Below, piece after piece: positions 39,979 through 49,600 of a stretch of 64,000 nt of DNA (position 1 is the first letter of the stretch; the number at the start of each line of letters is the position of its first letter). The stretch is from an uncultured Isosphaeraceae bacterium (GTDB lineage Bacteria > Planctomycetota > Planctomycetia > Isosphaerales > Isosphaeraceae): contig CAWHKI010000160.1 of NCBI GenBank assembly GCA_963829765.1, positions 26,997 to 90,996 on the forward strand, given 5' to 3'. Both the position numbers and the translations under genes were made by a program. The notes under the pieces are model-generated. The model was not told the DNA's origin and searched no databases. It worked only from the letters and a program-made list of their open reading frames with translations.

Positions 39979-40308
39979 TTAACGCTGCTTTCCGAACAGG
40001 TCCGCGTGCGTGCCGGTGCGAGCGAGCACCAAATGCTTGGCGGTTTTCTTGTAGATCAGTACCCAGTCGGGCTCAATATGACAGTCGCGATAGTCTTTCC
40101 ATCGCCCGCCGAGTTGATGGTCCCGATGCTTGGGGTCCAAGATCTCGTGATTGCAAAGTGACTCGATGATGTCACGCAGCTTATTCATAGACTTGCCGCG
40201 CTTCTTGCACAACTTGACTTCGCGTTTGAACGACTGTTCCTGGATCGGAGCTAGTGGCGGCGGGGGTGACGGCGCGTCCTTGGCCCGCGGTGTTCCTGGC
40301 TCGGCCAC
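39979..40308 (-). CDS. type II toxin, YafQ/RelE family mRNA interferase
   Basis: FKREVKLCKKRGKSMNKLRDIIESLCNHEILDPKHRDHQLGGRWKDYRDCHIEPDWVLIYKKTAKHLVLARTGTHADLF matches the YafQ consensus. A GTG start lies 1 nt after the antitoxin stop. It has an unusual Pro-rich N-terminal extension. Confidence 0.75.
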   Translation of the reverse strand: MAEPGTPRAKDAPSPPPPLAPIQEQSFKREVKLCKKRGKSMNKLRDIIESLCNHEILDPKHRDHQLGGRWKDYRDCHIEPDWVLIYKKTAKHLVLARTGTHADLFGKQR

Positions 40309-40309
40309 A

Positions 40310-40510
40310 CTAGATACCTAGGTCCTCAAACAGCTCCTCCGTGCTCCCGTAGCGGATCAAATTTCTGCCCGCTCGGATATTGCGAAGGACTTTGCGCGTC
40401 GCCGCATTGGGAATGTGTGGTAGGCAGGTGGCGATGGACTCTCTGATCTTCACCTTCTTGGTGACGCCCTTCTTGATAACAGGCTTTTTGATCGCCACTT
40501 TGAGAGGCAT
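40310..40510 (-). CDS. putative antitoxin (DinJ/RelB-like C-terminal toxin-binding motif)
   Basis: 66 aa from MPLKVAIKKPVIKK. The C-terminal IPNAATRKVLRNIRAGRNLIRYGSTEELFEDLGI resembles DinJ-type tails. Located immediately upstream of the toxin. Confidence 0.5.
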   Translation of the reverse strand: MPLKVAIKKPVIKKGVTKKVKIRESIATCLPHIPNAATRKVLRNIRAGRNLIRYGSTEELFEDLGI

Positions 40511-40934
40511 GATCTCACCCCGATAAACGTGCCTAAGGAAATCGCAGAGAGGATATTTCCCTTGCTTGAATGTTGTCCACTTCAACATGGCTTGTCAACC
40601 CTTCCCGCTTAATCGTCCGTATCGAGCCGATACAGTGCGGGTTAGATCACCTTCTGGTCGTAGAGGCTAGCTAGAATCACCAGACACCAGGACTTGCCCT
40701 TTTCCTCAGTTTCGTGCAAGCCGCGAGATCGAGGCCAAGCTTCGGGGCGATGCTACCTGAAGCGGACGCCGATATTGCCGATTACTGGGTTGGCGCGGTC
40801 CCTCCCCCATTACATGTGCCTATGTCAATTTTCGGGCGGATGTGTATCGCAACTTCAGTGGTAATACCTATCTGTTGAAGCCAGCGGGTGTTGATCGCAA
40901 CGGGGTCGGCGGGTCGGCCCCCGTCGAGTGTCCG

Positions 40935-41290
40935 GGCGGCAAGGACGGGCGGCAAGGACAGGGCGGCAAGGACATGCATCGCAAAGCCAGCCGTTTCCCC
41001 GCGAGCCGCTCGGGGCGGCAAGGACATGCATCGCAACATCGCAAAGCCAGCCGTTTCCCCGCGAGCCGCTCGGGTACGACACGTAACCCACTTGCAGAGA
41101 AGTGGTTCGGAATTACGGGTGATGGCCCAGTTCGCCTTGTCTGCGTGCCGTCAGCCACAGTCTTCGAGGTCGCTTCGCAGAGAGAGCCGGGGCCGCGCGT
41201 ATGCGGTCGAGGCGCCTTTCGTGCCCGCGAAAACTCGGATCGATCTAGGACTGCGATGCGTGTCCTCCGACCCGTGTCCTCCGACCCGAG
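40935..41290 (+). mobile_element. MITE-like element, copy B (left end tandemly duplicated)
   Basis: The right end gcgatgcgtgtcct is the exact reverse complement of the left-end word aggacacgcatcgc seen in copies A and C. The ~52-bp left-end unit is repeated twice (about 40963-41014 and 41016-41073). Confidence 0.65.
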
Positions 41291-41450
41291 CCCGGCATCT
41301 TCGGCACCTACGTGCAATCTTCGAAGAAAACGCTCGGAACGCCGTGCAACCTTCGAACGCTCCGATCGGTTGATCGTGCGATCTTCGAACGAGCCGATCG
41401 GGAACACAGGTCGACGGTTTTTCTCCTTCTCGTAATCATCTTGTGTCACG

Positions 41451-41627
41451 TCGACAAAGCCCTCGTCCGAAAATGGCGCCCGCCATTTTTTTCGAGCTCG
41501 GGCGGCAATAAAGTCGGTTGACATAAGAGCCGCTAAGCCAATCGTTTGTGTTTAGAAACCTTGGCTCGGTTACCGAAAAATGGCGCTCTTGGCCTTCGAA
41601 AAAAGCGCCATTTTCCGCCATTTTTTT
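41451..41627. repeat. hairpin-rich ~180-bp repeat R2, copy 1
   Basis: The string tcgacaa.c.c.tc..aaaatggcgcccgccattttt...tgacataagagc.gct.a..caat.g.ttgtgtttag...ccttggctc...cgaaaaatggcgct.ttggccttcgaaaaa.gcgccatt.tccgccattttttt is shared with 43721-43897. Confidence 0.75.
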
Positions 41628-41660
41628 GGCACGGTTCAAAGTCAGGTAACACGCAACCGA

Positions 41661-41920
41661 GGCGGCAAGGAGAGGCGGCAAGGACACGCATCGCAACGCA
41701 TCGCAAAGCCAGCCGCTTCCCCGCGAGCCGCTCAGGTACGACACGTAACCCACTTGCAGAGAAATGGTTCGGAATTACGGGTGATGGCCCGGTTCGCCTT
41801 GTCCGCGTACGGTCAGCCACGGTTTTCGAGTTCGCCTCGCAGAGATAGCCGGGGCCGGGCGGATGCGGTTGAGACGCGTTTCGTGCCCGCGAAAACTCGG
41901 ATCGATCTAGGACTGCGATG
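41661..41920 (+). mobile_element. MITE-like element, copy C (right end truncated)
   Basis: Same left end and core as copies A and B. Ends ggactgcgatgc and then diverges. Confidence 0.6.
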
Positions 41921-42005
41921 CCTTTCGTCTGGCCATGTCGATCACCTCGATCGCCCGCCGCGAGGCACCCGGGAAGCAATACCTGGCGAAGCAAGACCAG
42001 GTCGC

Positions 42006-42222
42006 GTGACGCAAGATCCAAGCAGTGACGCAAAATGGCGAGGCTCGTGACGCAAACAGCGAGTCATACTTCATCGTGCAAGTCAATTCTGGAGCGTAAC
42101 TCAGGAATACCCGTGACGCAAATGACGCAAGTGACGCAAAATCCCGGACCTCACGGGGCGGCGGGGGCGGGGATGCCAATCGAGGGTGACCGCAACGCAA
42201 GCCCGTACGCAAATGACGCAAA
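42006..42222 (+). repeat. array of the 8-mer TGACGCAA (7 exact, 2 degenerate, all same orientation)
   Basis: Exact copies start at about 42007, 42026, 42048, 42113, 42123, 42132 and 42214. Variants caacgcaa and gtacgcaa lie at ~42193 and ~42206. Confidence 0.8.
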
Positions 42223-43112
42223 ATCGCGGAATTCCCGCGGGGGAATGGCGGCCATTGCGCGACATGCAGGCCGCCGCGCCGCCGGGTGAGTCTTGCGGGG
42301 TCGAGGCCGAGTTCCGGTGCTTCCATTCGGTTCTGCGAGCTACTGGCATAGCGTGGCGCAGCGTGGCGTGGCCTGTCTTTTCAGCCCCTCGGCCGCGTCT
42401 CGTGGCGCAAAAAAGCGGCGCAAGAGCGGAAAGGACAGGCAGCCCGCGGAACGGGGCGGATCTGGTCGACCGCCTTAAGCCCTCTGAAGCAAGGTGGTTC
42501 GGACTCAAGGGCCGTCGATCGCTGGCGAATCACGCCGGGGCGAGGCAGAACGATTCCGCTTCTCGTGAACGCCCATGACGTTAATCGAGAATCTTGGCCA
42601 CAAAGACGCGAAGCGTGGGATCTATCTCGATCACGGACGATCTTTGGAGCGTGCTGTTGACCGCGATTGAAAAGGGAGTCCTATTTCCAATTGGACGGAT
42701 TGTAGCGATGATCGGGCTGACACGCTGTAACGTATTTTCAAATAAAGACTTCCGTCATTTTTTCTGAATATTCCGGTTATTCTGCTGACACGCCATAACA
42801 TATTAACTAGTCATGTCTTACGGCAATTTTTCCGGTCGTGCCGATGGGATCGTCCCAACCTTCTTACTGACCGTACACGCGCGAACGGGCACTTAATGGT
42901 GGCTAGACTTATTGGCTTGAACCTGGCCGATTCCAGCACGAAAGTTCCGATTGTAGGGCCGACACGCGGAAGTGAAACGTGCATAAGCACTTGTGTCTCG
43001 CGGCATTTGTGCCGGCGGCGAGGTATCGTGTGCGCACTCGTTTTTGCCGGGATTGGCGGCAACCTGGGTTCAATCGTTTAGCGGAAGGCAACGAAGCCCG
43101 AGAGATTTCACC

Positions 43113-43256
43113 GCAGAGAACGCGGAGAACGCGGAGACGAAAACAGAGAAGAAGAACAGTGGAGTTGTGGGAACCGGTTCGGATGAGTCGGTGGCGGACC
43201 CGATTGATTCACCGCTGAGCACGCGGAGCACGCGGAGACGAGAACAGAGAAGAAGT
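43113..43256. repeat. two copies of acgcggag(a/c)acgcggagacga(a/g)aacagagaagaag about 100 bp apart
   Basis: Read directly at ~43113-43150 and ~43212-43255. Confidence 0.6.
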
Positions 43257-43261
43257 CCGCG

Positions 43262-43398
43262 ATGTCTTCCTTCTCCGGAATCGCGCGGGTGGTCCTTCCT
43301 GAGGTGTAGAGCCCCTGGGCGATGAGTTCTGGATGGAGGCAGTATTCGCAGCGGTTGCCGGCCCGTTGGCATACAAGCTCGCGAGTGGCGGCGTCCAT
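43262..43398 (-). pseudogene. HNH endonuclease N-terminal remnant
   Basis: MDAATRELVCQRAGNRCEYCLHPE is the typical start of small HNH nucleases. The expected DH..P..GG box is out of frame or degenerate, and the frame runs into the 43.1-43.25 kb repeat. Confidence 0.4.
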
Positions 43399-43720
43399 CA
43401 GTTTCCGGCAAACAGGGCGGGTCGGCGGCCGCGGCGAGGAACTGAAACACCAGACGAAGGAAACGGACACTTGAGTTGAGCCTTCCGTCTGACGCGGGCC
43501 CCATCGACGACCCCGTGAATGGTCCGGGTGTTACCCAGATTCCTGCCCTTTTGAACCATGCATCCGAAGGAAGGAGACCACCGGTCAGGCACCTGTGCGG
43601 GGTCATGAGACCGCGCACAACAAAGGCCTCCGATCAAAATCGCTTAGCGACCGACGTCTCCATCCCGGACGCGGTTCGTCAGATATCCATAACGCTTGCA
43701 TACACGGCCTCTGGGTCGCG

Positions 43721-43897
43721 TCGACAAGCTCCTCGCCGAAAAATGGCGCCCGCCATTTTTCTCGCCCTCGATGCACAAAAACGTCGGCTGACATAAGAGC
43801 GGCTGAATCAATGGCTTGTGTTTAGGGGCCTTGGCTCCAGTGATCGAAAAATGGCGCTTTTGGCCTTCGAAAAAGCGCCATTCTCCGCCATTTTTTT
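43721..43897. repeat. repeat R2, copy 2
   Basis: See copy 1. It is followed at 43901-43928 by the hairpin ggtcggcaccg-gtggc-gcggtgccgacc and ggggtcaaac, the inverted version of the R1 terminal motif. Confidence 0.75.
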
Positions 43898-44318
43898 CCC
43901 GGTCGGCACCGGTGGCGCGGTGCCGACCGACGGGGTCAAACTGTGTTGCAAGAGAAGAGGCCGGTCACTCGGTTGTGCCGCTGGCGCTCCGTGCCGAAGG
44001 CGCCCAGTCGAAAACAAGGCATCGCGCCATCGATCTTCGTGGGATCGGCCCATTGGGCCCATTCCTGCCTTCCTGCGTTCCTCACTTGAATTTGAAGCTG
44101 GGTGTCCATAAGGAACCCAGGAAGGCGGGAACGATGCATTCACGAATTTCGGAAAACGCGAGCGGACCCATCCGGATTGATCACGAAAGGGCGAAACGAC
44201 GAAACGGCGAAAATGGGAGCGAGCAGAGCGACGAACAAGGCAACTCCCGCGCCGGGATGCCCCGCCGGATTACGTCTGGATTGCAGATCCGTCCGCGGCT
44301 CATGGCGTGTGGGGCCGA

Positions 44319-45816
44319 TTATCCCGGCCCGGGAGATGAAGCCTGGGCCATGAGCTTTTGTTGAATTTCCTGGTAAAGCTCGACGTATTCGCGAGCGCTT
44401 CGCTCCCAGGACCAGTCGGCATTCATGGCGGTCTGTTGCAGTTTCCGCCAGGCAGCGCGGTCGGGCCAGAGCGCCAGGGCGCGTTGGATCGTTGCCCAGA
44501 GGGCACGCGAGGTCGGCTCGACGAACACAAAACCGGTGGCCGTTCCGTTGGCGAGGTTTTCCGCGTTGGCGTCGATGACGGTGTCGGCCAGGCCGCCTGT
44601 CGATCGCACTAAGGGGACGGTCCCGTGGGCCAGACTGTAAAGTTGGTTTAACCCGCACGGTTCAAACAGGCTGGGCACCAGGAAAATATCGGCGGCGGCT
44701 TCGATTTGGTGGGCGAGGTCGTCGTCAAAGCCCAGATAAACCCAAAGCTTGCCGGCGTGCCGGCTTTCAAGGTTCTTGAGCATTGTGTGATATCGCGCGT
44801 GCCCTTCGCCCAAAACCACCATCTGGACGTCTTTCTCAAGGAGCAAGTCGGCTACCTCGGCCAAAAGGTCCCACCCTTTTTGAGGATCAAGACGACCGAT
44901 CTGCGCGAACATCGGTATGTCCAGCCGTTCGGGAAGGCCCGCTTTCCGTTGGAGCCAAGCCTTGCACCGGGCTTTACCCTCGGTGACGGTGGCTGCGTCA
45001 TAACGGGCGATCAACATGGGCTCGTTGCTCGGAGCCCACGCATCGACGTCGATCCCGTTGACGATTCCTCGCAGATCGGCCCGCCGGTAGCGCAGAAGGT
45101 CTTCAAGGCCCGAACCGAACCGGGGGGTCTGAATCTCCCGTGGCATAAGTCGGGCTCACCGTACTGAGCATGTCGGCAAACACGAGGCCGGCCTTCATGA
45201 AGCAGAGCTTGCCGTGAAATTCTAACTGCCGCCAATTAAAAAGATGCCAGTCCAAACCGGTAAGCGCCATCTCCCAGTGCGGAAACAGCCCGAGATAGGC
45301 CAGGTTATGAATCGTGAGCAGCGAGCCGGCCGAGCTTAGTTCTGCGGCGCGGTGGTAGATCGTTTTCAAATAGACAGGAATTAATGCTGTATGCCAGTCA
45401 TTGCAGTGGATGACGTCGGGTCGAAGGTGCAGGGCTTGGATCGCTTCCAGCACGGCCCGATTGAAAAAGATAAAGCGCTCGCCGTTGTCTTCGTAATCCC
45501 TGCCGTCCGCCCCGTAGAGCCCGTCGCGGTCGAAATAACGTGGCTGGTCGATCAAGTACACAGGGACGTCGCAACCTGGAAGGCGGCTCGCATAGACCGC
45601 GGCCTCGACTGACCGGGCTCCCATCGGGATCGCGAGGATGATTTCCGTGGGAACGATCGCAACGCCCGCGGACCAGACGCGGCGGTAACACGGGAGGAAC
45701 ACCGCCACGGAATGGCCCTGCTTCGCGAGAGCGCGTGGCAAGGCGCCGGCGACGTCACCCAGGCCTCCCGTCTTGGCGAACGGCACCGCTTCCGAGGCCA
45801 CGAGGACCACGTTCAT
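44319..45816 (-). CDS. glgA: glycogen synthase (one frame break ~45130)
   Basis: MNVVLVASEAVPFAKTGGLGDVAGALPRAL carries the KTGGL motif. HCNDWHTALIP, GIVNGIDVDAWAP and PSLFEPCGLNQLYSLAHGTVPLVRSTGGLADTV are also present. Confidence 0.85.
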
Positions 45817-45840
45817 CCCTGGTCGTGCTCCCGGCGTCAA

Positions 45841-46571
45841 TTAGTTCGATAGCACGGCTTCAGCACCCCGCCGAGTCGCCTGGAGAGCGCGGACTCTGCG
45901 CCGAGCTTCCGCATAAGCCTGGGAAACCTGTGCGGGATCCCAATCGACCATCCTCGCCGGAAGCCCCTCGCTCTTCGCCCATGCGTTTAGATGTTTGAGC
46001 AGCCCGTATTCAAATTTTCCGTCCTGTTCCTTGGTCCAGGCAAACAGAGCGCGGCCGGTCCGGGGTGTGTTTGGGCCGTCGTCCGTTGTGGGAACAGACG
46101 AAGAAGGAGGAACGGCCACGCCGGCCTTGGCCGACCGCTCGGCGGTGCCCGAACCGGCTTCGGAACTTGCGCGAGCCAATTTCCTGGACGTGTCGCGAGC
46201 GAACGTGGGAACGCCGTCACGGTAGAGGTAGCGCGCCCTACGCCGAACTTCACGGCCGTGCGTTTGAATGCGTCCGCGAAGCCGCTCTTGTCATCGTCGC
46301 CGGGGTCGGCCAGGCCCGCGTAACCGCCCGCGTCGCACTTCGTCAAGATCGTGCCGTCCGGGAGGCGGATGGACATCCGGCAAATCACGGAATGCTCGAG
46401 TGGAACAAAATCGTCCCACCAATTCTCAGGGCCCAAAACGTCGTCGAGCCGGTTCATAATCGTTCGCGCGGTTACGTAGGGCATTTGCCGGCCCGCTTGG
46501 GACCGTAGCTTGAGCTCATTAGCCTCGAAAGGCGCCGCAAGCGCCGCGAAAAGGTCGGGGTGCTGGGTCAT
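45841..46571 (-). CDS. Rad52/22-family single-strand annealing protein with C-terminal extension (one frame break ~46190)
   Basis: FEANELKLRSQAGRQMPYVTARTIMNRLDDVLGPENWWDDF...GGYAGLADPGDDDKSGFADAFKRTAVKFGVGR fits the Rad52/22 bacterial/phage pattern. Confidence 0.55.
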
Positions 46572-46674
46572 TGGTGCAACGGCTCCCAGAAAATCGCGGA
46601 GATTAAATTGTGATAGAGCACCCGTATACTGGCGTTCAAAAGGCCAGCCTAAAAGAGTGCTTCCCGCTAGTTAG

Positions 46675-49600
46675 CGAAACACCGCCGAAAGCTTCCCCGC
46701 TTCACTGGATTGGGTCAACAGGTCGTTCACCGTCAACGGCCTTGTCGGCAGTGAACTCAACGGAAATTGCACACTGACCATCGTCGACGAAGCGGCCAAT
46801 AATACCAATGGCACGCTCAAAGCCTGGTCGATCAACATCGCCTGGCAGCAGCCGGAGCTGAAGTTCGAGTCGGGTGACGCAATGGATCAGAATGCCGACG
46901 GCACGACCGATGAGAACCCGCTCAACTCAACCGAGGGCTACACCGGCCTGACGCCAGGCGACGTCTACGCGGTTCCGACGCCTCAACTCACGCAAGCGGT
47001 CACATTCACCACGGCCCAGAGCATCTTGAGCCCGCCGTTCAACCAGAACACCTTGCCGCTGATCATCAGTGGCCCGCAAGTTCCACCACCCAGGCAGTTG
47101 GCACCGGGGCGAAGACTCGACGGCACCGCCAATCTGATCAGCAACGAGCGACCAGCCAGCTCGACGTGACCTTCGATCGGCCCGTTCAGACCAGCACCTT
47201 CACCGCCGGCCAGGTGGTGTCGATCCAGGGTCCGAAAGGCTCGGTCCTGGGGCCGCAAACCTTCGGTTCGACTTCGATCGATCAGCAAATCGATCCCGCG
47301 ACGACCGCCGGTCCCGGCACGCTCGACTCGACACTGACCGTAAATTCGGACATCACACTCCAGATCGCTGACATTACCGTACACTCACCATCGGAGCGTC
47401 GCTGGATTCGGGTCCACGGCCGTCCTGATTTCGCCACCAACGGCCACAGCCGAACGGGTACACGATCCGTTGTTCTCGGCCGTGGGTGGTGCCAGCAGTC
47501 TGGGGATTTGTTAACACGGTCTTCGACGACTCGGCCCAAAATCGATCACCCAGGGCAAGGCCCCATTCACGGGAACCTTCACGCCTGAATACAAGGCAAC
47601 CTCAACCACGCTCACGATCTACAGGGCCTGATCGCCGATGGCATCTGGCATCTGAGCTCACCAACACCACGACCGGTGTACCGGTCGACGCTGGATTCGT
47701 GGTCGCTGAACATCACGCCACAGGTCAAGGTCAGTCCGGTGGCTTCGACAGTAACAACGGTAAACGGTGTTGAGTTGGCGACCAGTTTGCGATCAACTTC
47801 CCGCAGCAGCAGGTCAGTGGCACCTACACAATCCAGCTTGGCCCGGACATTCTCGACCAGTTTGGCGACGGTCAGGACCCCACAGGCAGCGCGGGCCTCA
47901 CCGTGCTCCGCGAGGTAAGCCCGAGTAGTCCGACGACGACCGTGCAGTATAGCGCTGTTAATCTGCCGATGCCGATCCCGGCGGCCACAACCGGCACTTT
48001 GGGCCAGAGCGTGCCCGGCACCGTGTCCTCGAGCATCACTGTGCCCGACAGCTTCATCATTGAAGGGGATCAGACCGCGGCCGGACTGAGCGTCATGCAG
48101 GTTGAGCTCGATGCCAGCTTCGCCAATGACTCTGATCTGACGGCGACACTGACCCATTACGACGCGAAGGGAGACAAGCTGGGTTCGGTCATCCTGTTTA
48201 GTGGCGTGGGCTCTGGTAAGAATGCGGCCAATTTCACCAACACGGTCTTCGACGACAACGCGAACACGCCGATTCAGGACGGGAGTGCGCCGTTCTCCGC
48301 GATTTACAATCCGCAGGAGTCTCTCGCCACGGTCTTTGCTCCGACAACGGGCGGCCAGCAAGGCATGAACGTCCAGGGAACCTGGATGCTGACCATCACG
48401 AACACCGCGACCGGGACGACGGGCACTCTGAGTGGTTGGACGTTGACGTTTCAGAAACCGTTGCCGACCAGCGGGCTGGGAGAGCAGGGGAGTGACGACG
48501 CCACTGTCAGCTTCCAGATCTTTACGCTAAGTCCGAGCGATCCCGTTTCGAGCGAGGTCTGGGCACCCGTTGGCCCGGCATCGAGCACTTACGAATCGGG
48601 TCAGGTCAACGCCATTGCCGTGGATCCCTCCGATCCCTCGGGCAATACGGTCTATGTCGGCGGTGCCAGCGGCGGCATCTGGAAAACGACCGACTTTTTG
48701 ACGACCAGCCCGGACGGCCCGACATGGATCCCGCTGACTAACTTCGGCCCCGACTCCGCTGTTAACATCGCCAGCATCACAATCTTCCCGGTGAACGATA
48801 ACCCAAGCGACTCGATCATCATTGCTGCCACCGGCGGCGTCAGCAGCGGCGAGCAGGGATCGGATGCTCCAGGCGTGGGTTTCCTGATCTCGACCAACGG
48901 CGGCACGACCTGGAACCTCGACGATAGCACCGATAACGTCTCCTCCGTTAACGATACTGCCAGTGAAATCGGCGACACCAGTAATATCTTGCCCATCGAC
49001 TCGGCCGCTCGTAATCGGGAGTTTGTCGGCACCACGGCGTACCAGGTCACCGTCGACCCCGAACTCAGTCCCACCGGCCAGCTGATCATCTATGCCGCTC
49101 TGAGCGGCGCCGAACGGCGGAATCTGGGAGAGCCAGAACACGGGCCAGACCTGGACGCAGGTGCTCAAGGGGAACGCAACCTCAATCGTCCTCGACCAGA
49201 ATAGTGGTTTGCTGCTTGACCCGAACGCTGGGCAGAACCCGCCCAACGGCAGTGACCCGGGTAGTCCGACCTATGGGGGTAATTATCAGATTGTCTTTGC
49301 CGGCTTCGCGGCTTCGACCGTGACAGGTGCTACGGCAGAGGGCGTCTACATGAGCACCGACCAAGGCCAGGGTTGGAACCTCATGGCCGGCGGCATCGGC
49401 AACCCGACGATCTCGATGCCATTACCGACAAGAACGTCAATCCGGCCAACGACGTGAATCCCAACACGGGCGGAGGACGGATTGTTCTGGCCGTTCCCGC
49501 CGCCGTGGCCAACAATTATCTCGAAAGCGAACTCTATGCGGGATGGCTCTACGCGGCCGTTGCCACCACGACCGGCGGTTTCGATGGCCTCTTCGTCACC

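Noticed and set aside
39321-41848. ORFs 39321..39599, 40842..41435 and 41546..41848 inside the MITE-like copies (NPLAEKWFGITGDGPVRLV...).
   Set aside because: Differences between copies are non-synonymous. The start and stop contexts differ in each copy, and the ORFs run through tandem repeats. They are treated as fortuitous frames in a non-coding repeat, but are noted in the finding.
38900-42300. Possible CRISPR array, suggested by the many short direct repeats.
   Set aside because: Repeat words are 8-14 nt or 57-240 bp, with irregular spacing and several unrelated families. There are no 25-40 nt repeats with unique similar-length spacers, and no cas genes in the window.
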